Shown: one piece after another, positions 53,201-64,000 of the stretch
Layout: each line of letters starts with the position of its first letter
Position numbering within the stretch: the stretch's first letter is position 1
Origin: Hydrolagus colliei
Taxonomy: Eukaryota
Assembly (NCBI GenBank): GCA_035084275.1
Contig: CM068749.1
Location: 15,562,001 to 15,626,000 of the forward strand
Direction of reading: 5' to 3'
DNA length: 64,000 bases
Translations under genes and position numbers: made by a program
Notes under the pieces: generated by a model
What the model was told of the DNA's origin: nothing
Database searches by the model: none
What the model saw: the letters and a program-made list of their open reading frames with translations, nothing else

Positions 53201-55195
53201 TTCTTTGAAACTCCTTCTGCTAACCAGAGGATCAATATGTCACAACGACCCATGGGAATATATGACAATGACCCATCCTGTTTGATGCCTCAACCCAGTT
53301 CCACAGTTCAAACCAATGTCACCAAAAGCCTAGGAAAAAGGTACAGAAATATCGGAATTTAATTTGTCCTGTTTTAATTTGAAGCATCTTAGTAAAGATG
53401 AAAAATGCATAGTAATTTTAAAAAATTGCTTGTGAAGAGGAAAGAACAAAGCCCTTTTTTTTTACTTTAGTTACTATACCAATTGCTGCTATGTTTATGA
53501 TTTGTCATTCGCTACCACATGGTTCTATACCGGGTTTCCACATAGATAGCTTTTCCCACATTTTCTCATGAAAATGCATCTGAAACCACTCTGAGAATTT
53601 CTAACAGGGGTTCTAAGGTTGCAGGGTTTTCTGATATGGAACTTTCCCATTATAAACAGTTAATAATCTTTACACTTGATAGTGTGTCTTTTATTTCTGA
53701 AGGACATCTCAAAGCACTTCACAGTCAAGTGATTGTATTTGATAATACAAAGATTGCTATTGTTAGTGAAAATGATTTTTTTTAACATCAACATTTATTT
53801 ATTGCTGTAATGAATCATAATTCATTGAGGTATAGAGAGAAATGTGTAAGGTTCCCCCCTCAACACCAAAACAACCCTCTCTTCAAGTAATGGTTACACA
53901 ATGAATACCAAATGCATCAAGTGTAGAAATTAACGTTATCAGTCACACAAATTTTAAATTCAACTCATTAGAATTTTGTCTAATAAAATGTGTGACTTGG
54001 TGAAGTACAAGTGGTTTAGTTGCTGTGAGTGTGTCATGCGTGTGTTGCTTATGTGTGAAATGTTTCAAAAGAACCCTGAAGCTGAACTCCAGCAAATAGA
54101 AATACAAATCCAAGCGTGCAAATTGTAGCCAAAAAGTAGCATTCTAGTTGCAAATCATGCACTCTGCTTTCCCTCATTTACTTAAGCCTAATTAAAGATA
54201 AATGAGCTACAGCACTCTGCAGTGATGAAGTCAGAAGCTAAATTCAAATGTCTGTGGTTGACTCATTTTCATTACTTGATTTCAAAATTCAGTTTGTGAC
54301 TTTAGTTTTTGTCTCTTTAGTGTGGACAATGCTAATCCATATTGGCAAAGAGCACATTAGTCTTTTAATTCATATTGCTCCAATGTGTAGAAAAATTGAT
54401 GCTGTTAAGTTTTTTTTAATTGCTGCTGATATTTGCAGGCACATTTGCGCTTGTTGTTGAAAGCTGCAGGGTGAGATTAATCTCTTGCTTTGGCAAACAG
54501 TGATTTGAAAGGGCACACAAAAACTGTCTCTTGTCAGACCTGAAGGCATTTTACTCCAAATGAGTCTCCACTGGTGCTATGCAATTGCAGACACGGTCCC
54601 TTTCTCATATCAAATGCCCACTCAGCTTGTACTTAGCCACAGCATTATTTTCTTTACATGTAAGCCTTCAGGCATTCCAGGGTGGCTTTGTAGATGTCTC
54701 TTTGAAAAGAGTAGTTGATAAAGTTTAGCTATTTTTCTTGTGTATACTTGGTTGTGCTGTATTCTGAACCAATTCCTCTGTTCTTCATCACTTGTGACTT
54801 TTTAATCACAATGACAAATGACAGCACACAAAGAGAGTTTGTACTTGAAGGTTTGGGGTAGAGAGGAACAGGAGAGTGAGGTCTGCAGAATACAAAATCA
54901 CACCAGTAGCCTGGATTGGATTATGAATTGGATAGGAATAGAAAATGGATTCTACTTGAACATTCTTATGCAGAAGTATGACTCTTTGGAAGGATTTGAT
55001 AGTTGCTATCTTGTATACATGCCTGGAGGAATGTGTGAGAAAGTTATACTGGAATTCCAAATCATAGCGGTTGATGTTGTTTCCCACTTGGTTGTTGCTT
55101 ATTAAATGTGACTTTTGATTGTGTTAGGTTTTCTTTAAAACATGTATAATTATTAACTGTTGCAACAGAATTCAATTCATGCGTCATTTGGCCTT

Positions 55196-55537
55196 ATAAT
55201 AATAATAATAATCCTTGCATTTGATATAGCGCTTTCCACATCTTATCAACGTCCCAAAGCGCTTCACAGAATATACTGTAAAGTGAATTGACTGTATATA
55301 TTTGTGGGCGAATCGCGGCAGCCAATTGCGCACAGCAGTGTCCCACAAACAGTCGTGGATTGAAAATGACCAATTTTATTATTGTGGTTTTTTGGAGGGA
55401 TTATTATTAGGCGTGTGGAGTAAGGAAACTTGCCCAAGGTTTCGCCCTGACCTGCCTGGATTCGAACACAGGTTTCCCCAGCTTGGTCTCCCCAGCTTGC
55501 AAGACAAGTGCTCTAACCACTGAGCCACAGGAGCTCC
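55196..55537 (-). mobile_element. Full-length tRNA-derived SINE variant, CpG-rich (young), with a 14-bp duplication in the head
   Basis: A box tggctcagtgg, B box gttcgaatcc, intact AGCGCTTT/AAAGCGCT tail stem and (ATT)n. Confidence 0.93.
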
Positions 55538-55612
55538 TTTTCTCAGATACAAAGAATAATGTCCAAATTCAAACATGTGTTTTTGCACAATATGGTTTGT
55601 GACTTGAAAATT

Positions 55613-55747
55613 CACTGCCTTGCACAATTGGCTGCCGCACTTTGCCCAAAAATATACAGTCAATTCACTTTACAGTCTTTCTTGTCAAGCGCCTTGCGAC
55701 GTCTAGAAAACTTGAAAAACGCTATATTAATGCAAGGATTATTTATT
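55613..55747 (+). mobile_element. SINE 3' half, inverted relative to the neighbouring full copy
   Basis: tgcacaattggctgccgc...cagtcaattcactttacag...gacgtctagaaaac...gctatattaatgcaaggatt. Confidence 0.88.
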
Positions 55748-56707
55748 CTTAAAATTAGATATCATGCTTTGGGAACTCAGCAATTGTTCTATTTGTTTTG
55801 TTAAATGAGGCACATTTGATGGAACTGAGTATTTTAAAAGTACAGTAATAGAGATACGGAGGTGGAGGGTGGGGGGAGAATGGTGGGAATGGTTCAAAGC
55901 TGAGTAATTCACTGATACAATCCTCTCTATTACACAAATAGTGAGGGAAAGAAACTGCTTTTAACAAGCTATTTATGAATAATATATATTTTTTTCTATT
56001 GCCTCAACAACAGATAAACCTGTACAATTCTTTGGAATTCTATTTTGGTCTTATGTTCACATTGCTTTATTTGTTTTAGATTGATCCACTATAGTAAGAG
56101 AGACATGAGGGGTAATGCTGCTATTTGGAAAGTCGACCTTACCCTGACAGTGTCCATCAGAATTACCCAAATAAGCAAGTTCAAAACTTTGACTGCTCAC
56201 ATTGTGGAGGAAATGTTTTCTACACCTCACCTTGCATGAACATTTTATTGTGAATTATAGAAAATATTTGCACAAGATTTCACTATTACTCCAGGGAATT
56301 GCAGGAATAGAAAGAGCATTTCCTCTACTGTACTTTTTGTTCCCATGTGATGCACAGTGAAAACTCAGTATGAATATGGTTTGATACATGTGTTATAGAA
56401 GTGACTTCTGGGACTTCACATTCCTCAAGACTTCACCTTGAGGAGGTAGTTTTCTCTTCAATTTGCCTTCAATTTGCTCAATTTGAGTAAAAACATGGCT
56501 CGTGCTAATTGATTCCAGCTTTGCTTCCAAATCAATTCTTAAAAGTCCTTGGACAGTCAGTAACACCAAAGAAGATTTTTGTGGGGACTTCAGGTTTGAA
56601 ATTCTATTTGGCAGCCCAAATTACATTTTTATAATCTAGAATTACTGAGAGCATTACACCGACACAGGCTATTGAGTCAAACACGTCTGTTCTATACTTT
56701 ACAATTG

Positions 56708-56769
56708 AAGTGCCCTGAGATGCCGTCTGGCGTGGAGGGCGCTATATAAATCAAAGTTGTCGTTGTTGT
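56708..56769 (+). mobile_element. Tail-only insertion of a distinct L2-clade family
   Basis: aagtgccctgagatgccgtctggcgtggagggcgctatataaatcaaag(ttg)n. Confidence 0.75.
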
Positions 56770-57476
56770 ACAATTCACCCCTTTTAGTCCCTTTTCCTAT
56801 GGCTCTTTATTCCTTCCAAAAGAAACCATGCCTACAATGTAATAAAACCATATGCCCACTGACATTGGCCATTTCTAAACATGAGGCTTGCAAAGTAAGC
56901 TTCATAGAATTACCATTTTATTCAATGGTTTGTTCTTCCTATAGAAATAATCAGCGATCACCAGAAACTCTTTCTAGTGATCAGTCAAGTGTTCATGAAA
57001 TGTGTCAAAAGCAGTATTGAAAAGGAACGGTAGATACAGGTATTCTGATGTTTACAAGATAATTCCAGCAAATAAAAATATTCTTGGGCCCCTCAGAACC
57101 CACGTTTTCTTGCATAAATCATCGAACCAATCTGTCAAATAACTGCTACAAACAGTAAAAATGTCACACTCATCCTCTGAGCTCCAGGCTGCAACTGATG
57201 CTCCAAACATCATGTAAGAATGGGTTAGGTCGCCTGATCTTGCAATGCTTTCACTCTATAGGCAAAACTAGAATTGTACTTCTGAGTTGTACAACTGATA
57301 TGGTTTTTTATATATGGTTGTCCAATAATTTAGCCACGAGCCACATATTGGGAATCTGGATGAGGTAACATTAAATTTTTGACTAGTAGATAAGAAAGTC
57401 ATAAACACTATTGTTGGGCACTATTGTATTTGCCTTGCATTTGGATATGTATGTATGAATATTCAGCACTATGGAA

Positions 57477-57538
57477 ACAACAACAACAACTTTGATTTAT
57501 ATAGCGCCCTCCATGCCAGACGGCGTCTCAGAGTGCTT
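57477..57538 (-). mobile_element. Second tail-only copy of the same family, inverted
   Basis: Reverse complement aagcactctgagacgccgtctggcatggagggcgctatataaatcaaag(ttg)n. Confidence 0.75.
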
Positions 57539-58987
57539 AAATATTGTATAGAGCACAGAGCTGTCAATCATGGTCAGGCTGGTCAATTGGAATACCACTT
57601 TCAATGGCAACATATATTTGTTAAGTAAATATATATGCAAACATACATGTAAAGAACATTTACTTGTTTTGTGTGAAAGTATATAGGGCGTTTTCTTCTA
57701 AAATCAGTGTGTGTGGCTAAAATGGTGTCACCTTAGCCACAACTGTGGCTCATCGGCGATTTTCATTGGACATCACTTCTCTAGATCCATGTGACTCACA
57801 ACTGCATCAACAAATCAATGATTTGATGCTGCAAATCAAATACTGTCCAGAATGACCTCAATATCTAGCCGTTCCATAACACCAAATGAAACTCACAGGA
57901 GGGTTAATACTCCTTGTTAAGCTGGGACTATGGAAAATTGTATGTCAACATATTTATTGCTTCAACAATTTACAAAAGAAATGGCAAAAAACTGGTCCAT
58001 TTCAGAAGTGAAAAACTGCTCCTCCTCAGCACATTTGTGTCCCTTTCACTACCATCTCCAGTGAAAGTCACAGAGTTACAGCTGCAATTCTTCCCTGTGG
58101 AGTTAAGCACTTCATCTAACTCAAGGGTATTTAAAGTCGCTTGTTATTTTAATTTGAATGGAACACTGGCAAAGAAGCTTGATGGTAGAGTGCGACATAA
58201 GGCATGCATGTAGAACTGACTATGATAAATATCGAGCCTTCCTGTCTGATGGAATTCCACCCTTGTTCTTGAACTTTTGAGCATATTTCAGATACCAATC
58301 TTAGCATCTGGATAACTCCTGACTGTGCTGAAAAATTCAGAACTCTTTATTTTCAGCTTATAAGCAAATACACCTCAAATGCAGAACAGACATTGAGGTT
58401 TACAGTCTGGCCCAGATTACAGCGAAGGAAAGGTGCTGAGGCTGTGCTCTGATTCCATCATGGTATATTAATGTGGTCACGCAGGTATCGGAGCAGTGTA
58501 GAGGTTAAGATGACCTCTGTAAATACAAAAACATCCATGTTCTGAGGCCAGAAGGCACACTTGCAATGATAGTGATGAATCTCACAAGAATTTCACAAAA
58601 CTACGTTTCAATATAAAAAAACGCACAATTTGGTTAACTCTTTGAGAACTAGAATACTGCTTGAAGAGATGTGAACCTTTTCATTTTACCGAATTCTTTG
58701 AAGCTGCTCTTGTTGCATAGATGATATTATGGTGTGGTTTCTTGAGCATAACAATTACAGTATATTGTCATCTTGCAATTGGAGGCATGGATAAGTATCT
58801 TGGAATTATGTTAAAATAGATTTGCTGATGAATCGAATCTTTGCAAAACTAAGAAATCTGATGTGACTATATGGCAGGAATTAAGAATTTTAACCCATTT
58901 TAACAATATTAGATAATGGATTTAAATGTTATTTTAAGGTCAATTGGAATAGCCGTAGGTTTATTTTTGTTCTTGTTTTGCTCATAG

Positions 58988-59053
58988 ATAAATCACAGTT
59001 CATTACTGACATTTCTGCCAAAACACCAGGACACATAGAAGATGATTATTTTG
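58988..59053 (+). CDS. Candidate 66-nt phase-1/phase-1 exon encoding xKSQFITDISAKTPGHIEDDYFx
   Basis: Long T-rich tract gtttatttttgttcttgttttgctcatag|, donor TTG|gtaagt, length divisible by 3, only one open frame. Confidence 0.45.
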
Positions 59054-60478
59054 GTAAGTTGCCTGAAATTGCTAAATTGAACCAAGCCTGAAATTATGTA
59101 TGTTTACCTGCTTCATGTTTTCCTATTGTATGCTGTCTGTCTGTCTGCGCCAGATTGAAGCCTTGCAATGGCTTTGAACATATTAACTTGTCATTTCCTT
59201 CTTCTGGATAGTTATTAAATAGCTTTAAATTCCGCTTGAAATTTATGTTAGAAAGCTTTCAGTGTTTTCACACATTCCAAATAAGTCACAGTTGATGTCT
59301 TAACTAATTGGCTGTAAAATAAAATCATATTTAATTTCATGAAGTTTCTGTTATAGCATAACACCCATATCCTTAATTCTCAAAGAAAGTAAAACATTTA
59401 TTTTTCTGCAAATAATATAATTGATTATTCTGATGGTGGATTTCTTTTACAACTGTTTTCCCTTTGTTCTTGTGTGGCTGTAAGTGGAGCCACTGGAATA
59501 TTCTGAAGCTCAAGCAAATTAGCTCTTTAATGATTATAGAAAAGTGCATGAGATGATCACCTGGTAGGAACTCGGCTTGCTATTTACTTTCAAGTATTTT
59601 TTTCGATTGTGTGAAACATTAGGGACTGAAAGTAACATAAAAATGTGCTCAATAAAAATGTTGTAATATTTCAGTGGTGGAAAATATTATGAATTTTTTT
59701 CATACAATATAGTATATTGGAAACATTTTATATCCAACAAAGTGAATCTCACAGGAAAATAGGCATGCATTTTTCAGTACAATTGTCCCTTTTGATCCTT
59801 CTTATATAGGATAATTTTTGTTTGCACCACCAATCTCTCCTTGTAATCAGATGATGTAAAATCACATGGTAAATGTAGAAACTCATAATAAAACCCAGGG
59901 ACAATGTAGGTGATATGTTGTTACACCTCCAAATTGATACATCAATTTTCTTCCTGCGCTTAGTTGAACCTATGTCATCATTAAAGGAAATCAAATCAGA
60001 ATTGCTATTGTAGTAACATTTGATATACAGTTACATTTTTTCAAAACTACAACTATAGCCAACAAGTTAGTATTATATAGTATATGTGAGCTGCATTTGG
60101 ATGGAACAATTGAATTCCCATTGGCAATATATATGGATTTTTATTGTACTGTAATGCTGATAATTAGACAGGCCCTCCACCCACTCAAAAAAAAAAGTTT
60201 GGTTGAGCTATTCAATTGATCAGATCAGCTTTTGACCCTTTGTGCATCATGCATTCTGGCATGTTACTGTTAATCAATGTACCATTTACACTCAATATTT
60301 ATATACATTTAAAAATTCCTGATCTTTACAGCGGGTCTAATTTCTTTCCGAATGCTTATATCATCCATATCTTTGGGAATATGAACTTGAATGTATGTGA
60401 AATGTTTGGTTTTGCAGTATTATTCATGTGATATCCCTTTGATGTACGCATATTTAAAAGGAAGCTTTTTTGGTTATT

Positions 60479-60625
60479 ATGATTGAAGTGACTAATTTAT
60501 TATTTTTTGTTGAGAGATTATTATCAGGCGTGTGGAGTAAGGAAACTTGCCCAAGGCTTCGCCCTGCTGGGAATCGAACCAAGGTCTCTCACTTGCAAAA
60601 TTAGTGCTCTAACCACTGAGCTACA
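60479..60625 (-). mobile_element. SINE 5' half (A and B boxes)
   Basis: Reverse strand tgtagctcagtggttagagcac...ggttcgattccc...gggcaagtttccttactccacacgcctgataataatc. Confidence 0.88.
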
Positions 60626-62694
60626 ATGCTTACTAGATTCTAGTGCAAATGAAACAAATATTAATTAGATTAATAGAATGTCTTGAAGATAGTGGATTTT
60701 ACTGTCTTGTTGAGTTTTTCAACTTCCCATTGTTTTTACTATTTCCAAATGTTAAAAAAGAATACTAGAGACTGTCATGGGTATAGATAGGTTGCCAATT
60801 ACAGTACATGATTCTGTATAATTCTCTGCACCCATGTTTACGCTTATGTATAATATGACTGTTTACTCATGGCACACATAGTAGACTCCACTATGTAAAA
60901 TATTATTTAATGTAAAAGAAAGGGATTCATGGCAATTTGGAAAATAGTAATATTAAAGGAAATAGATTCAGAGACTAATGGCAATAATTTTGAAGATGAA
61001 GGTAAATTTATCCCATGAAATGATATGTGTATATTAAGTATGAAATGTTCCAAAAATTATTACCTGTTGGTGAAAGTAACAATCTCGAATTCCCTGAAGC
61101 CCCATTGACATCACAATGTCTTTGCCATGAACGCTGCCAATTTGATGAATATGAACTATTTTTATCAGCCTTATTTAAATGGTCATTCTATCAGCTGTCT
61201 AAAATGGTTTCTATAGAAACATTTATATGATGTTAAAGCTGAGAAAAAGTGGCAATTCTCATTAAAAATGCATTGTTGGCACACTTATGTATGCAATGCA
61301 TGAAGCTCACTTGATCAAATATAATGTAACCATTTTTTAAAAATCACTGCTATCTGAAGATCGTATAAAAATAAATGTTCTTATTATTATGCATTCATTT
61401 TCTTCCACCTGCCAAGCATAAGGTCAGCACACTGTAGTGCTGGAAACCACCAGGGAGACTTGTGCCTTAAGGATTTTTCAACAGGAACCACACGATGTCC
61501 TCCTTTCTGCACCTGCACCCTATATATAGCACCCCGTGAGACAGAATGTGTTCTCTTTCCGCAATGTTGACATCAGTTTCAGTAACGTTGCTGTGACTGA
61601 GGGAACCATCATCTGCCATTGCACTGCACTGACTTGACCTCTGGGATTGCAGCTATTTTATTCTTTTGTGAACCTCCGAATTGTGACTTAGTATTTTTGT
61701 TTGTGATTGATTGGCTAGAATCAAAATCTTTGCCACCAGTGACCAGATTCTGTCAACACTTTCCTGTAGGTAAAAGAATGTGAAGCTCCTTCTGCTTCAG
61801 GATCTCATCACCCTTCACGACTCAGTAAAGCAGATTGGGAAAGTGAATTCGGAGTCTTCCTCTTTTGATTCTCTCGAGGGAAAACCTGTCAAACCCTTTG
61901 GGGGAGGAGAAAATTGGTTTTAAATGAGTTTAGCTAAATTATTTTGAAGTTCACGTTGATGATGACGTTGGCAAGTGCACAGGTCAAAATGCCAAGGGGA
62001 GGAATACAAAAAGCTTCTCACTGACCAGGGCCAACCTTAGCCAAAAAGTAAGTCCTAGAAAAAAAAATCACAATTGTTTCCACATTGTCATCTTTGATGC
62101 AGATTTTCACCCGACCTCAAGGGACTGAGTGAACCACTTTTCACAGTGTACACAAGACATGAGTGATCTGAGCTGTGAATAAAATAGGAACTATTCCCAA
62201 GGTAATAAATAGCTAGGGGCTTTGTTTTGTCTTTTAATTATCTGGCTACAAAGTTTCCCCAATCTGTATAGGCCAGCAATGCAAATGCTTCATTGCTAAC
62301 TTGGAGGAGCTGTCACTAGCAAAACATGGCAACCAATGAGAAGCAACAAAAGGGACTACTTATCTCTGAAATGTGATGAAGACCTGTCCTCAGGACACAG
62401 TGCGTACTGCCTCCAGAGGCAAAGGCGCCACTTAATTTATAGCCATCGGAAGTAGCAGTACAATCTAAATGTGGTGTAACACATTACTGAGCTGAAGGCA
62501 CAATTTATCACAATTCCATGGCAGATTGATGTGTATTTAACACCTTTAACAGGTTTCATTATGTATTAATGCTGTGCTGAATAGCTGTAAATTAATAACT
62601 ATTTAACATAGCAGTGGAAAAGAAGATGCTTTTTGTGAATGTTCTCAATGCAATTTCTTCCTGTAATGTGGGCTTTTTCAGCATGAGAATAGAC

Positions 62695-62895
62695 ATACAG
62701 ACCAGAGGGTCACAAGTTTGATTCTATGCTGAATTAACTGATCTGAACGGCGGTGCAGTTAGCACATTATACAGTAGTTGGCTTTGACTCAACCCCAAGG
62801 ACAGAGTGGCGAGTCGGGCTGGTGAGTGGGTTGAGATTCAGACAGACTTGTCAACATTTTCCAATGATCCCTGCTGGAAAATTGCTGACAGGCAT
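62695..62895 (+). mobile_element. Possible very old SINE-like relic; a related piece may lie at about 49375-49490
   Basis: B-box-like ggtcacaagtttgattc, then tgctgaattaactgatct...gatccctgctggaaa. Resembles an old shark repeat recalled from memory only; family not named. Confidence 0.3.
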
Positions 62896-64000
62896 GCTAA
62901 CGATAACCGATTCCTCCTGATGATGAAGTGCCAAATCTAGGCTTATGAACGATCCACTCGGGCAAGGTACCAGAGAAGAAAATGTTTATGACCACTGATG
63001 TTCTGAGTTGCCTTGGAATGTTGTGGGCTATCTGGTGCACAGGTGGTAACTGAGCATGTAGAAACAATTGAGACTATTTTCTGGTGACAGAGCATTCCTG
63101 CTGTTAGTACATTCCAGTGATATGAACATGGCATCACAGCCAAAAAAGAGTGGTAGCCAGAGTCAGCAGTATGATTAGTTGCCTTTCTGCCTTCAGGTTG
63201 CTGCCAGAGTTCGGGAAAGTATCTACCTTGGTATTTGGTACTGGCTGAGTACACATGGTATGTTTACGCTGCCCTGTTGTCTCAAATCAACACTGCAATG
63301 TAAGCACAGTATCAGTCTTTCGGAATCATAATACTGGAGTATTTTTTGGTCAGAATAATAATCTGTTTGCTTTCCTTGGAGTTTTCTTTTGTAAAGTTTC
63401 ATTTATTCTGTTTGTTGCAAATGCGTTGGTAGAGCTCAGACTGAAAAAGATCTATTAATTAACAAATTGCACCATCTGGAAAGCTTTGGAATATGGGATT
63501 TATTTAAATGCTTGTGAATAGCAATTGACTGGCTTTTTAAAATTATAAATACTGTAACTTGTATTGATTTTGGATGCATTCGAAGAGAAATAGTAGATTG
63601 CTCTAGAGATCTGAGTGCTTTCTGTCAAGGTGAAGGCAGAAAAGGTCAGCTGGACTTCTGTCAGGTTCTGTTGAGGTGTAGAATCCCCATCAGTTGTTTG
63701 ACAGTCAAACCTTGTGCACACAGTATTCACCTCTGCACGGACTCAAATTAAACCATTGAGGCGTGAAGCAAATCTCACATTCAGCTTCCCCACAGGGCAC
63801 CTGTAAAACAAGTTGCATTTTATTGAATTAAAAGTTCCATTTTATTTTCACATATATTTACACGAAGAACTAATAATATAATCACATGTGTATTAAAGTG
63901 TGATATCTGATAAGGTTGTCGGGCCTCCAGTTCCACTACCTTATCAAAGAATGTAGGTGTTTCAGAATTGCCTGATTAATCCACTCGTTACAGATCTACT

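Noticed and set aside
56798-56820. miR-135-like TATGGCTCTTTATTCCT
   Set aside because: No complementary star arm nearby; chance similarity.
63500-63801. Minus-strand exon/ORF (VPCGEAECE... and NTVCTRFDC...)
   Set aside because: The frames are discontinuous with intervening stops, the donor is weak, and I recognise no homology.
1-64000. CRISPR array, operon or other prokaryotic-type system
   Set aside because: No regularly spaced repeat-spacer array or dense coding. The dispersed repeats are eukaryotic SINE/LINE tails.

Overview
AT-rich, gene-poor vertebrate genomic DNA, most likely a large intron or gene desert. The repeat set (an abundant tRNA-headed SINE with an (ATT)n tail, Deu-domain SINEs, L2 and CR1 LINEs) suggests a cartilaginous fish, probably a chimaera/elephant shark; this is inference. 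The only clearly protein-like ORFs are LINE ORF2 remnants: CR1 at 34717-35655 and 9136-9567, plus L2 pieces. Two non-autonomous hAT elements with perfect 8-bp TSDs are visible (5793-6558, 19953-20239); the first carries a G-rich minisatellite. A few plus-strand exon candidates (26610-26683, 46303-46534, 58988-59053) could belong to one large gene that I cannot identify. I found no convincing new multi-gene system. The most interesting signals are a 3' stem-loop with compensatory base changes across three retroposon families, repeated tail-only insertions, inverted retroposon pairs, and the unidentified exon chain. Repeat boundaries are approximate except where TSDs fix them.
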